Source of the DNA: Octopus bimaculoides
Lineage: Eukaryota
Length of the DNA: 64,000 bases
Assembly: GCF_001194135.2 (NCBI RefSeq)
Contig: NC_068989.1
Span: forward strand, 12,141,798 to 12,205,797
Direction: 5' to 3'
Shown here piece after piece: positions 34,626 to 49,220 of this stretch (its first letter is position 1; every line of letters starts with the position of its first letter). The notes beneath the pieces are model-generated. The model made no database searches. It saw nothing but the letters and a program-made list of their open reading frames with translations, and was not told the origin of the DNA. Both the position numbers and the translations under genes were made by a program.

Positions 34626-37286
34626 GTATATGTACGTATGTATGTATGTATGTATGTATGTATGTATGCATTTGTATGTAGTTGTATGTATACGTTTCCA
34701 GCAACACAGTGATCGTTAACTTCATTTAAAACTTTACTACTTGTTATATGGTATCAAATTTTTTCGGACTCCGAGACGTGTTTATGTTTTTTAGTCTTTC
34801 TTAATAGGCGGTACCAAAACTGAGGAGAAATAAACTCTGGCTCAAATATTTTACATAATTATTTAAACCAACCTCGCTTTTATTTCTCATAATTCTCTAC
34901 TGCTCTTACTACTATTATTCTCATTATTATAATCAATTGCAACATTAATTGATTTTTTTTTTGAATATTTTTACAAACTAAAGAGAATGTTAAGAAGAAA
35001 CTGTTGAGACTCTGCAGAGCACGTATATCTTCTGTCTGTTGCCAAAATGAAATGATTCTGTAGTTTAACTCTGTACAATAGTTTACAAACTCTTACAACA
35101 ACAGTCATGCATTAACAAGATGTTGTCAATAAGACGTGAGGTGAAAGACCATGAGTTGGGCTGTGATATAACATTAACGAATGCGCCGAGAGGTAAATGA
35201 AAATTATGAGGGTGGCGCATTACCTACCAGAAGTAGAAGGAATATATCTATAGTTGTGCACTTACAGCCTCAATAAATGTGATTTGATTGATTTCAAAGA
35301 ATTAATGATATATTTTAGTATATATATATTTTTTTTTTAATTTCTGGCGAATGGTAAATATTCTAATAATTTTTCGCCGATATTAATTATACAATTATCG
35401 TAATGAGTACAATGCTGATTATGATAATTCTACGCATGTGAAGATGACAGCATTAAGGAATATAATGAATAGTTAAGCCAGTGAATATTGCTTTTAATAT
35501 TCCCGTGAAGTAGTGTTTCATAAAAATATTGACAGAAAATGTAAAGAAATTTGCAGAACGCTTCCATAATAAAGTAAGAATTCGTATTTTGTCTCAATTT
35601 CTTTAACTGAATTTCCTGAGATTTGTGAAGCAGGTGTTTGAAGCATTACATTATTATTACTCATTAATGGCTAATTTGTCTGGAACGAACATTTCTTAAT
35701 TATCTTCTCATTTAGCCTGCTAATTGAAGCAAGCAGTTTGTCTGATACCTTGGTTTTGAATAATTAATTCATCACCACGTGAAATATAAAATATGAATAT
35801 CGAACGAATAATTCTGGAGTTAAGAAGTTTTATCCTCATTAACATTTTATTATGCAATTCGATCTTAGAATCTAATAACTTTAGATTCACCGCTAACTTC
35901 TAGATGAGATGTGCGTTGATTAATGAAATCCGATATATTGCTTAAACTTGCGCAAATAATTGGCCATTTTAACAGTGATATTGCCTTTGTTTCCTCATAT
36001 TATATTAGAAACTATTAACGTATCATAAATTCACATGAAATTAAAATCTTTTGTTCTCAGATTGCTTGCAAATGTGTATAAATGCGTATACCTATATTTC
36101 TATATATTGAGGTCTACATTCCTATGCAGATATATATCAGTGTATGTACGTGTAAGAATGTTGATGGTTAGCACACTTTAAGACCATTCAATTATATAAT
36201 AATATGTCTGATAGACGACTGCTTTGTTATAAAATGCATTGATATTGCTGTGATATAGATCTATTTTCGGCCTCCTTCTTTCCTCCTCATCTTGGACAAT
36301 GTAAACCATTGTGATTTTATGCAAGTTGTGCTCAAACTCGCTCGGTTATTGCAAACAGCTGAATTTCTTACTGTCAATGGCAATCATATTCGTTCGAAGA
36401 GTGGGCACTCTTTATATATGTGTGTACGCATTGTGTGGACTCGCTCGTCACTTCGTCGGACATTGATCCAATATCATTCTCTCCCTGAATGCAGAGTCGA
36501 AACTGAAGATTTTCAGTTACACCCTTTACCAATCCTCGTTGCCTATATCAGCTCATCGCTACTGTCTTTATGAAGAAAATGTGACAGTGTTGGTACCGAT
36601 GTCTTTGTTTAATGAACAAAGTTCACCAGTAATACTATCATAGTGGGCATGGCTTATGCAGAGCCTGTCCCATCTTCTCTTCTTCTACTGGTCTGTTAGT
36701 TAATTTTTGAATGTTTTATAGAAAATATAAGTACTTTTATTTGTAAATTATAAGTTATTTGCTTTTAATTAGTTGTGTCTATTCTAGTTTTTCTTTGTAA
36801 GTGAACTTCACAAGGTATTGCCAATCCAAGAGGGCCAAAATTAAAGGCATAATCTGAAGTTAGACTTTAGGTTGATAATCTTCACATTCTTCATTATTTC
36901 GGCTAGATATTTTCGATTTTCCTTACACTTTGCCTTTCTGCTACATGGTGCTACATGGTACATTGCAACAGAAGGCAAGGACAATACGCGACTTGCCTTC
37001 GAAACGCGAAGTAGATGGAACAGGGACAACTGACGAAGGGATGTACACTTTATGTTGCATGTCTCGTTTCTCTGTTTGTTTTTTTCGTTGTTCGAAAAAA
37101 GTTCGTTTTCTGTTTTCGTTTTTCTGTTTTCGTTTCTCATTGTTTTTTTTAACGTTTTTCTTGATGTCCTGTACCCATGTATGCATGTATGTATACATAT
37201 AGATGTAGGTATGTACATATATATATTTATATATTATTTATATTATTATATGATCTGAAGCCACGCATCCTGTTCCAAGTAAGTTT

Positions 37287-37318
<32 letters not shown>

Positions 37319-38295
37319 CCTATCAGGTTAAAAGAAACTACATTCTACTTGTTACTATTATTATTCTTGATTCTTGTAAATTAACATTTGAAATGTTTCG
37401 TCTGATTTCAGCACTATATTTAAGATACGTCCACATACTCTGTCCCGTCCCATATAACTTTGTAATTTCTATCGCCTTTGGAAGTAATACGGTTTTTGTT
37501 CATAGAAAAAAAATAGAAACACTTATTTTGAATCAAGTCTTCATTTTTACCTTTAACGTCGGAATAGGTCCATTCTTCAGTTGCTATGAAAGAAATATGA
37601 AGAATTTTATATAATGTATTCTTGCGTCTTCATATTTTTTACTCTCCTTCAATTTTCTATAATTTGCGAAATCTCGAACGCCTAAAACATCTAATGCTAA
37701 ATATTCTCTAAAAACGGACACCTTTTCCTGATTAGATAATTTTATAATTAAGCAACCATTTATCTTACTAAACAGTACATGTTCATATATTTTTACATGA
37801 GCAGATGCACGTTGTTCACGATCTCATTGACAGTTTCCGACATCATTATACAATTTTAAAATTGTTCTTTCTACGAATTTTCATGCTGTTTTAGTCCTTA
37901 CCGCTACCACCACGACATTACTATAGAATTTTCATTTTGTCAGTCGTTATCTTAAATCGGTTTCCGTTTTGCCTGAGAACACATATTAATAGTTTTTCAG
38001 TTTGAAGCCGAGTTTTTACATCTGTTACCGATCTGTTTGATTCAAAATTAACAGATCCAACTACGAAGTAACAAACATAATTCCCGTGGAACATTCAGTA
38101 ATCAAATGGCGAAACTGTAGTACAACTATTACTAATGACTCGTGAAGACAATACACAAGTATTGAATTGCTATTCCGCTAAAGAACTCGAAATAGATACA
38201 AAGAATCAAAACGAAATACTACAAATGAGTAAAATTGCAGCTACTGTACAACTACGATCGGTAGAATTAAATTCAAGGTGTATAGTGAGAGAATA

Positions 38296-38533
38296 CAGTA
38301 ATCCCTCACCATATTATGGTTCACCCATCGCACACTCTGAACACATCGCGGTTCACCTATCGCGCACTCAGTACATCGCGGATTTTTCTGGCTAATATAT
38401 GTAAATTTATATCGCGGACTTCTCAGTATATCGCGGGTTTATGCGGCCGATAGATAGTTATAATTTTTTAGATATTAATCATTTCTGAGGGCGGTTTTGG
38501 AACGTAACAGCCGCGATAGTCGATAGATTACTG
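38296..38533. mobile_element. pogo/Tigger-like MITE, second copy
   Basis: TA|CAGTAATCCCTCACCATATT at the left end and GATAGATTACTG at the right; repeated ATCGCGG motifs inside. Confidence 0.78.
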
Positions 38534-39950
38534 AATATCATAATCAAGGCCTTATATTCATTTAATTTTCCTTAGTATTTGAACTGTACATTTATTAATG
38601 TTTCATTTAAATGGTAGTTAATCATTTTATCTGTTTAATTGCTTTGAAGAATTTTTTTTAGTCAGTCAATCAGCAACGTATATACGGTTTATGCTCTTTC
38701 TTTCAGGTAGGTTTCATTATGCATTCAGGTTTGATATGTTATATTTTACACACAAACACATCGAAATTGCTTTAATTTCTGTAACATAACCTACGACAGT
38801 TTAAATATGAGGGGAACAACATGAGCAAATTTGAGACCTGCCGACTTCGCCTATACCAGCCTACTTCGCATCACTTGAGAGCACGTGGTGCCAGAAAAGG
38901 CTTTGAAAGGGCGACGTTTAACGTTATTTAAGAAGTATACAGTTCTGTTAGCGTGGAGCATGTAAACGGGTGCAGAATTGTTTATTTCATAACATATGTA
39001 TGTATATATTTGTTTGCATGTCTCGTCAAATTCGATGCTCCTGTTAACAAGTGATGCAGTACATTGCGGACAATGTAGGTTCGCAAGCGATTAAATCCGC
39101 ACCCTGACCGTGCATTGCCTGGTAAGATGTATTTCTATAATCTTGGCAGAACAATAATTTGAATTTACTCAAAGAACGGACAGGGGCAACAGCTACATAG
39201 CAATTGTGCACGAGGATACAGAAATGCTGGAAATGGTAAGCAAGATCGACTGCTTATGGAATGAAAAAATGCTAATTATGGTCAGGATATTTCTCTGAAA
39301 AAGGAAAAAGAATTGGAAATTTAAACTTTGTGATAGTGTAGCAACACTTGAACGGAATGGAATGGAATGTTCCGATATAATATCTGTTCGTGTTTATAGT
39401 CCGATCGCCTGATATGTTTGTACTATAAGAAATTCTTTCTCTAATGCAAAAATGTGTATTGCTGACGGTGCAAGCTCAATTAACTTTCGGCGAAAGTACG
39501 CGCTGTTATATTTACCAATGTGACACATGCATGCAATTTACTCGTACAGAAATATAAAACGGACTGACAAAGTTCAGTGAACGGACACATTCGAGATCGA
39601 ACAGACAGCTATGATGAAATATGTATGAGCGAATGCATGTATGTATGTGTTTCACAATGTGATTATGCAAACTTAAAAGCGTTTTGGATCCTAATTTTCT
39701 GACGACGCATATCTCTCTTTCCGTTGTTTTACAATTCGTCTTTTATTCTTCATCTCTTTCTCTTTATCTCGCTATACATACATAAAAAACATACATACAT
39801 ACATGCATACATACTGACAGACACTCACACACACACACACAAACATAAATACATACATAAACACATGTATATTGATATACATACATATATGTACACACAC
39901 GTATATTGATATACATACATATATTTAGAAAACATATATATATAGACGTA

Positions 39951-40354
39951 GGAGTGGCTGTGTGGTAAGTAGCTTGCTTACGAACCACATGGTTCCGGGT
40001 TCAGTCCCACTGCGTGGCACCTTGGGCAAGTGTCTTCTACTATAGCCTCGGGCCGACCAAAGCCTTGTGAGTGGATTTGGTAGACGGAAACTGAAAGAAG
40101 CCCGTCGTATATATGTATATATATATGTGTATGTGTGTATATGTTGTGTATCTGTGTTTGTCCCCCCAACATCGCTTGACAACCGATGCTGGTGTGCTTA
40201 GGTCTCCGTAACTTCGCGGTTCGGCAAAATGAGACCGATCGAATAAGTACTAGGCTTACAAAGAATAAGTCCTGGGATCGATTTGATTCGACTAAAGGCG
40301 GTGCTCCAGCATGGCCGCAGTCAAATGACTGAAACAAGTAAAAGAATAAAAGAA
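39951..40354 (+). mobile_element. SINE family B, full length and gap-free (reference copy)
   Basis: A-box-like TGGCTGTGTGGTAAG, B-box-like GGGTTCAGTCCC, short TA/TG interior, tail ending (TAAAAGAA)n. Confidence 0.93.
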
Positions 40355-41860
40355 TATGTAGCTATGTACCTACTTTTGTGTGTATGCGACAAATTTTGTA
40401 TATTGTACATATACATGCATATATACAGAAATGCATGCCATACACATATACATATATTATAAAATGTACATAAACATATGGATGCAAATATGTATTATGC
40501 TTCTACATAGAATTGTATGTAAACTTAATACGGACACTACTTGTCTATAGACAGGCATACACGTATATATATATATATATATATATATATATNNNNNNNN
40601 NNNNNNNNNNNNNNNNNNNNNNNNNNNNNNNNNNNNNNNNNNNNNNNNNNNNNNNNNNNNNNNNNNNNNNNNNNNNNNNNNNNNNNNNNNNNNNNNNNNN
40701 NNNNNNNNNNNNNNNNNNNNNNNNNNNNNNNNNNNNNNNNNNNNNNNNNNNNNNNNNNNNNNNNNNNNNNNNNNNNNNNNNNNNNNNNNNNNNNNNNNNN
40801 NNNNTATATATGTATTTATATACGCACATATATACATTGCTGTGTATAACAATTTATATGTGTGTGTGTGTATGTGTGAGTACACACATCCATATGCATA
40901 TTGACGGAGCCATTCCTTTTCACCAACACACATCGATTCAGCGTGAAAATATTTTTGTATCTGGTGTGGGCGCCTAATTTAATTGCATTCTGCAGTTAAA
41001 ATATTAGATCATTGATTTAAACGATGAAATTCGACGGATTTTTAAATATATAGATCAATAAATAATTAATTAAGTCTCGATTTAATTTTGTCATATTTCT
41101 TTACATTTCCACCCCAAGGAATGGAAATGCTGAAACTAATTGGTTCTGAACGCTAGCAAGAATACAATTAAATCAGCCTGCTGACTGAATTAAACGTCCG
41201 CTAACTTGCTTTCACTTTATTAACTATGTTTCATAGTCACTACTCTTGCGGTATAAAAATGTTAGTATCTATTTGTATTTTTTTATCGAAACTAAATAAT
41301 TATATTTCAATAAAATCTAATGTTACACATTAAGCAAGCTTGCACAAATACGAATAGGGAGATATAAGTGGTGGAAAAAAAATCATCAGATACGTTTTAT
41401 CCTACGGATTAGCTGCAGGATATTCGAAGATCGTCTTTCGATGGTGTCTTAAAGCATCACTATGTTGGAAATCCTTTTGCATCTTCAACAAGTATCTCCA
41501 GTCACATGCACGTCTCGCGAAGCGTGTAATCCTCGCCATAGCGGGATTATGCGGAATGAACTAGCCTTCGCCAACAGAAGGATTCTGTGTGCGGCCTTAT
41601 GTCAGTGACAGCATCTTTGAAATGCCTTTAGTTGTCATGTCTGTATAATAGGAAAATATCAATAAAAGTTAAAATGAAAAAATAATGAAAATAAAGCTAA
41701 TAATATTATTTCAATAAAAACTGCTGATACACAACATACAACCATAATGTCACCATTTTGTTTATACTTCTACCTTAGTTGATGGATTAAAGATATAGAA
41801 AAAGGTAATCAAGATGTAATAGTAACTACATCCAGAAATACAATATGAAGAAGGATGAGA

Positions 41861-42127
41861 TTTACTCTTTTACTCTTTTACTTGTTTCAGTCAGTTGACT
41901 GCTGCCATGCTGGAGCACCGCCTTTAGTCGAGCAACCCAGGACTTATTCTTTGGAAGCCTAGTACTTATTCTATCGGTCGCTTTTGTCGAACCTCTAAGT
42001 TACGGGGACGTAAACACACCAACATCGGTTGTCAAGTGATGTTGGGGGACAAACACAGACACACAAACATACCCACCCACACACACATATACATACACAT
42101 ACATACACATACATACATACATGCATT

Positions 42128-42173
<46 letters not shown>

Positions 42174-42766
42174 NNNNNNNNNNNNNNNNNNNNNNNNNNN
42201 NNNNNNNNNNNNNNNNNNNNNNNNNNNNNNNNNNNNNNNNNNNNNNNNNNNNNNNNNNNNNNNNNNNNNNNNNNNNNNNNNNNNNNNNNNNNNNNNNNNN
42301 NNNNNNNNNNNNNNNNNNNNNNNNNNNNNNNNNNNNNNNNNNNNNNNNNNNNNNNNNNNNNNNNNNNNNNNNNNNNNNNNNNNNNNNNNNNNNNNNNNNN
42401 NNNNNNNNNNNNNNNNNNNNNNNNNNNNNNNNNNNNNNNNNNNNNNNNNNNNNNNNNNNNNNNNNNNNNNNNNNNNNNNNNNNNNNNNNNNNNNNNNNNN
42501 NNNNNNNNNNNNNNNNNNNNNNNNNNNNNNNNNNNNNNNNNNNNNNNNNNNNNNNNNNNNNNNNNNNNNNNNNNNNNNNNNNNNNNNNNNNNNNNNNNNN
42601 NNNNATATATGAGGGGCTTCTTTCAGTTTCCGTCTACCAAATCCACTCACAAGGCTTCGGTCGGCCCGAGGCTATAGTAGAAGACACTTGCCCAATGTGC
42701 CACGCAGTGGGACTGAACCCGGAACCATGTGGTTGGTAGGCAAGCTACTTACCACACAGCCACTCC
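41861..42766 (-). mobile_element. SINE family B, full length, with large internal microsatellite and gap
   Basis: Tail 41861-42060 and head 42612-42766 match the reference copy. Confidence 0.9.
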
Positions 42767-44125
42767 TTCAGTCTCTATAATTGATGCCCCATCGTTTCTA
42801 CAGACCTTAGTTTCGATTAAACGTACCTATGTACAAAGGTATCTCATTCGACAGGAGCATATCAATCAATCAATCAGAAATTACATTATCCATTGAGTCA
42901 TGACCATTCAATGGTCACAGCAGGATTTAAGGATTCAAGCAAGACTTGTTTGCTATTGCTTTCAAATGCAGCGATTGCACGCACAACGGCTATTTATCTA
43001 TGATATGAGTGGAGAGACAGCACATCTACGATGTAACCAAATATAACCAATAAATATAATCGGATGTATACGTAGCACGTGATACGAAGATGTCATATTC
43101 ACGCTTGATTTTGTGAACTTTATGTCATAGATATCTAAACAAAGAACGTAAAAGGAGAGTCTGTTTTGCGGGATTGTGTGTGTGTGTGTGTATGTGTATG
43201 TGATTATGTTTCTGAAGGGGAGAAAAAGTGAGATGGAAAATGTGTAATTAAAATTGAAAATCACAAAGGAAAACAGAACAGAGTACAAAGCGATGTAGAA
43301 AAGTGAATATTGAAAGAAATCTGATTATTTCCAATTAATTTTTGATCGAAGACTAAAAAACACACGAGAAAATCGCTCAAACTATCGGCAATAAACAAAT
43401 GAATTTATTGTTCGATTTAACCGCAGGTCAATCCTTTATGATTTACGATAAATTAAGTTTCCACTGTCCCGTCTTTATNNNNNNNNNNNNNNNNNNNNNN
43501 NNNNNNNNNNNNNNNNNNNNNNNNNNNNNNNNNNNNNNNNNNNNNNNNNNNNNNNNNNNNNNNNNNNNNNNNNNNNNNNNNNNNNNNNNNNNNNNNNNNN
43601 NNNNNNNNNNNNNNNNNNNNNNNNNNNNNNNNNNNNNNNNNNNNNNNNNNNNNNNNNNNNNNNNNNNNNNNNNNNNNNNNNNNNNNNNNNNNNNNNNNNN
43701 NNNNNNNNNNNNNNNNNNNNNNNNNNNNNNNNNNNNNNNNNNNNNNNNNNNNNNNNNNNNNNNNNNNNNNNNNNNNNNNNNNNNNNNNNNNNNNNNNNNN
43801 NNNNNNNNNNNNNNNGTATACACATTAGTGCTTCAGTTTCATTCTGAATTTTGTTTCTGAGGTGGTTATTAAGTTTAAGAGCTTGGGCTATGTGATAAGA
43901 GATACCCAGTAACTATAATTGAATGACATGACTATATTCTAAAAATGTATGAAAATATATACAAAAAAAGAAATGTTTTTTTAAAAGTGATTATGTTTGT
44001 CCTGCTTAAAGCGGCTGTACGTAAATGCGAACTTTGGATTCTTTTGAAATGTATGCTGAACAAATTTTGTGAAACAATACCTATACAATGCGTATATGTA
44101 TAAATGTGTATATGTCAAGCTCAAC

Positions 44126-44255
44126 ATCCCTGAGAACTACATTAAAGGTACGTGTGACTGTGGGGTGCTCAGCCACTTGCACGTTAATCATTCAAGCAGG
44201 CTGTTCCGTTGATCGGATCAACTGGAACACTTGTCGATGTAACTGACGAAGTGCC
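44126..44255 (-). mobile_element. Interspersed repeat family F
   Basis: CAGGCTGTTCCGTTGATCGGATC is the reverse complement of the motif at 7419-7441. Confidence 0.75.
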
Positions 44256-45164
44256 AGTTGATTACAACACAGTTTTAAACAATGCGTTTAGAAATCCTGC
44301 TTCCAGCTCTGCTTAGCCTATTGTACCACCTACAATGTCCGATTCTGTCTTCCGCTTTCAGTTTCTTTTGATACGTCTGCTTCAGTTTTATGATTCATAG
44401 CCAAGGCTTGTGTGTTGAAAAATCACTTAGCCTTTCATATTACCTAATTCTGTAACAATAGTTGAAAGATCCAACGCAGGCAAACGTTATGTGGGAAGGT
44501 TGAAATTTTGACTCACTGTTATAATACTTCTGCATGAGAATCAATTTAAGTATACACACCAAGGGAATACTCGATAATTCAAAGAGAGAGAAGCTCTGTT
44601 GCTGATCGTCTAAAGTTTACTTTTCTGTATATACGTATTTATGTAAATCTATTTAAATTTATACATACATATAGATTTCTCTCTCTCTCTATCTTTGTGT
44701 ATGTGTTTGTGTCTGTGTGCATGAATATATATATATATGTATGTATGTATTTATGCATGTATGTGTGTATACAAGCNNNNNNNNNNNNNNNNNNNNNNNN
44801 NNNNNNNNNNNNNNNNNNNNNNNNNNNNNNNNNNNNNNNNNNNNNNNNNNNNNNNNNNNNNNNNNNNNNNNNNNNNNNNNNNNNNNNNNNNNNNNNNNNN
44901 NNNNNNNNNNNNNNNNNNNNNNNNNNNNNNNNNNNNNNNNNNNNNNNNNNNNNNNNNNNNNNNNNNNNNNNNNNNNNNNNNNNNNNNNNNNNNNNNNNNN
45001 NNNNNNNNNNNNNNNNNNNNNNNNNNNNNNNNNNNNNNNNNNNNNNNNNNNNNNNNNNNNNNNNNNNNNNNNNNNNNNNNNNNNNNNNNNNNNNNNNNNN
45101 NNNNNNNNNNNNNNNNNNNNNNNNNNNNNNNNNNNNNNNNNNNNNNNNNNNNNNNNNNNNNNNN

Positions 45165-45209
<45 letters not shown>

Positions 45210-45983
45210 TTATGCATGTATGTGTGTATACAAGCAAACACACTCTGACTCACATATAACAAATACATATATTTATACGTTTATACGTATGTATATATGA
45301 ACATCTATACGTATGTATATACGTATGTGTATACGTTTACATATGTATATGTATGTGGGTGGGTGTTTGATGTGTAAATTTGTGCATGCGAGTATGGCGG
45401 TGTGTCTGTCTATATGTGACTTTTTAAATAATAAATGAAATCGTATTAACAATATTTTTTTTAAAATATTTCATCAATAAATATTGTGAAATCTGATATT
45501 TCAGTCTGACAATGTTTCTACTGAATTTGTTTTCCGAATTAATTCCAACGACTTTTTGATTTATGAGGAATGTGTGGAAATTAAATAATAACAGTTTTGC
45601 AAAAAAAAAAAATACTTTCATGTCTGTCTGTTTGTCTCACACCCTGTCTCCCTATGTTCAATCTTTAGCTCCCTCTCTCATTCAGTCATTTACTTACTCC
45701 TTCACGAACTCACTCACGCGTACACATTCTCTCTCTCTCTCTCGATCGATCGATATATCTATCAATCTGTGTGTATGTACACGTATACACAGACACAAAC
45801 ACGCACACACATATGTATGTACATGTGTTTATATATTTTGTGCATCTGCATGTATTTTATACGGGCGTGTTCGTATACATACATACATTTACACACACCC
45901 ATATATACAAAAAATTACACATAAATTTGCATCTATATATACATACAGACACACATATATATGTACATATATGTATGTATATA

Positions 45984-45984
<1 letters not shown>

Positions 45985-46048
<64 letters not shown>

Positions 46049-46054
46049 TAATAA
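45985..46054. repeat. (AAT)n microsatellite
   Basis: Nearly pure AAT run. Confidence 0.93.
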
Positions 46055-47491
46055 TATTAATAATGCTAACTGGAACGACTCATGTACTGAGAAGAGCATT
46101 ATCGCTGTGAAAACAACATCCATTCATGAATTTTTTCCCTTAAATACATGTTTTACCAGTGAATTTGCGTGTGTAAACTGGGAATGCATATAACGAGTTT
46201 CTCTGCCCTAGGTGTACGGAAAACACTCGGCGAGAAATGGAAGAAAATTTGAAGAAAGAAGAAAAAAAGAAAACATAATAATAATAATAATATTAATTTA
46301 AGTATAAATATAAAAAGATTATAAGTTTATATTATGCATATATTTGTGTCTGTATATATATATATATGAGAGGTATTGATATCCAGAAGACCCAAGATGG
46401 CAGGTAACGCTATGTAAGTGCTATGGAAGGACCGTAGTTAAACTCTCGGTTCGATAATGATACGAGTGAGGAGTCTAATGCGGGTCTTGTATGAGCATGT
46501 CTATGTTAAATAATATGCGACAACGAAGCCAAGGCTCTGTGGAATTTTCAGGACATTTATAAAGAGAAAGTTTCTGATAAAATAAATGCTTGGTTTAAAT
46601 AAGCACAAGGGAAAATTTATGTGACTGACATCTTGAATCCGGTAGCCCAGCATAGCACTGCAATCCAATGAATATAACAAGTATAATTAAAATATAACGT
46701 ACATATGTAATATGTTTTTAGTCAACGAAAAAGAAAAGACGATATCAGTTCAAACATACCAATGTTATATAATTATTATTGTCTGGCATTTGTGATCCAC
46801 ACTAGCTGCACTTTATGCAACATTTCATGCGTCAGAAGGTTATCCTGTAGCAGCGTTCATCGGCGGTTTACTAAGATAAAGCGTAACGCTATGATGGTGA
46901 CAAGTAAAATGATGGCGAAGATTTTAGGCAGCGCATGGCTCATGATAGAAGCTTAATAGGCGAGATTTTCTTTTTATAACTTTTTACTTGTTACGATCAA
47001 CACTCATATAATTAGCAGAGACCTCTCTGAAATGACACCCTGAACCTAAACAAAAGGAGATGACACGTTGTATAATGTAGACCCTGAGCGCAGAACAAAA
47101 TTTAGTTACGCGTGTCAGTATGTTTGTAAAAATCTTATACTACAAAAATACACATACAAACCCATCTCGTATAACAATGTGGCAAAAGATCCTGTAGAAA
47201 TAGTAGAAAGTCTACATACATTACAGAAAACCTCATTATGATAATTAAATAACGAAAGCGCGATCCAGATAGAAAATAGGAAAAAAATGTCATCTGTTAT
47301 CTTAGCGGTAATCAAGTGCTTGTGCACTCGTGCTCTCCAACTCACTTGTTCATTCATTTTTTCTGTAATTCTTCCATTGTTTCATTATGTGTCTTGTCTT
47401 ACTTCCCTTCTGCCTTTCATCCCGTAATGCATTTATACACACATAGATCTGTGTGTGAGTGCATACGTGTGTGTGTATATATATATGTGTG

Positions 47492-47548
<57 letters not shown>

Positions 47549-47690
47549 GTATGTATATATATATATGTATGTATGTATGTATATATAAGTATATATGAAT
47601 ATATGTATATAAATGTATGTATGGATGTACATACGTACATATATATATATATATGTATACACACATACACATATATAGATAGATGAATAG

Positions 47691-47721
<31 letters not shown>

Positions 47722-48351
47722 GATAGACGTAGATATTCACATCAAAAGACAAACATCTGAACCGCATATTCAAACTAGAAAATATATATATATTAACGAA
47801 CCGCTCACTGAGAGTCGGAAATTTGGATAATGTAAGCAACAACGTGAATAAGACAGAAATATTTGAGATGTGCATATTTCTCAGAATGGGCAATATATGC
47901 TGGAAAGACACAGTATCAATCGCTGCTATACTAGGAATGCTATTTGAAAGGCGAAACGCCAAACACACGCAACACCGAAAGTTTACTTCAGAAAGTTGTC
48001 TTATTTTGTTCATACGATTCCCCACAAGTCACTGCCCAAGACTATATTGAATACAAATGTGGAGGGAAGCTGAGCAAAAAGTCAGTAAAAGCATTTTCGG
48101 ATTGACAACATCAGAGTTTGGACTGGAAGCGACACTAGTGGATTGTATCCAATAGTATGTATGCAGTACAACGCATGGGGGAACTAGAGTCTTTTTAGGT
48201 AACACCTAGACAGGCAATACATGAATGATAGCTAATTTTCTCTCTCTCACACACTGCCTTTCTCTCTCTCTCTCTCTGTTACTTTCTCTGTATATACAGA
48301 CATATACATATATATGTGAGTGTGTGTGTGTATGTGTGTGTATATGTTTGT

Positions 48352-48595
48352 ATGTGGCCTGGTGGTTAGGCCGTTGCACTCATGATAACTAGATCGTGGG
48401 TTCTATTCCGAGATCGAGCGACGCGTTGTGTTCTTGAGCAAAACATTTCCTGTTACGTTGTTCCAATCCCCCTTTTCGATCAGTGGGTGTAGGAATGTTG
48501 TCCTCCTCACCAAACCAGTGGGGTGGCGTCATTTAGTGGCGAGAATGCTGTGAAATGCATTGTGTCCAGCGATGTCTAACAATACCTGATAGTGT
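48352..48595 (+). mobile_element. SINE family C head and core with an alternative tail
   Basis: GTGGCCTGGTGGTTAGG..CACTCATGAT..GTGGGTTCTATTCC..GCGTTGTGTTCTTGAGCAAAACA matches 27958; the tail does not. Confidence 0.72.
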
Positions 48596-48751
48596 GTTCG
48601 TCTATAGTATTCGCGTAAGCGCCCCAGTCCATACATACACATGCGCGCCCGCACACCCGCGTGCTTACGCCTTTTTTCAGTTATCTCAGTTAATCTACAA
48701 GATAAATGTATAGCAGGTGTTCATGGTGTTTATATAATAACTACTAGTAGA

Positions 48752-48960
48752 AAGGAGGCGAACTGGCACAAAATTCGACAATTAGCGCTAAATAAACGTT
48801 TAGCAGGATTTATTCATATTACTTAAAGTTCTAAGATTAAATTCAAACTCGCCTTTCTTCCTTTCGGTACCAATAAAGTAAGTATCAGGCGAGTATTGGA
48901 GTTGATTACATCGACTAGAGACTCTCTCACCAAATTTGAGGAATTGTGCCTAAAATACGA
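48752..48960 (+). mobile_element. Highly diverged SINE A
   Basis: GGCGAACTGGCA head, GCCTTTCTTCCTTTCGG core, TACATCGACT and TTGTGCC tail. Confidence 0.6.
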
Positions 48961-49014
48961 GGAATTATGACTAATAGATACATTTATTTTTCCTGCCAAT
49001 GTTCCTTTTAAGGC

Positions 49015-49220
49015 AGGGCGGGGAACTGGCAGAAACGTTAGCACACCGGACGAAATGTTTAGCGGTATTTCGTCCGCCGTTACGTTCTGAGTTCAATTTC
49101 CGCCGAGGTCGACTTCGCCTTTCATCCTTTCGGGTCGATTAAATAAGTACCAGTTTCACACTGGGGTCGATATAATCGACTTAATCCCTTTATCTGTCCT
49201 TGTTTGTCCCCTCTATGTTA
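49015..49220 (+). mobile_element. SINE family A1, 3' end clipped
   Basis: Near-consensus head, B-box and core. Confidence 0.9.

Noticed and set aside
36380-36495. Minus-strand AG..GT-bounded segment GENDIGSMSDEV
   Set aside because: Stop before the donor, other frames closed, no recognisable domain.
39951-40030. tRNA-like sequences at SINE heads
   Set aside because: A/B boxes present but no full cloverleaf, and they continue into SINE bodies; not tRNA genes.
44725-45236. About 45-bp duplication ending GTGTGTATACAAGC on both sides of a gap
   Set aside because: Cannot be distinguished from an assembly overlap or collapsed repeat.
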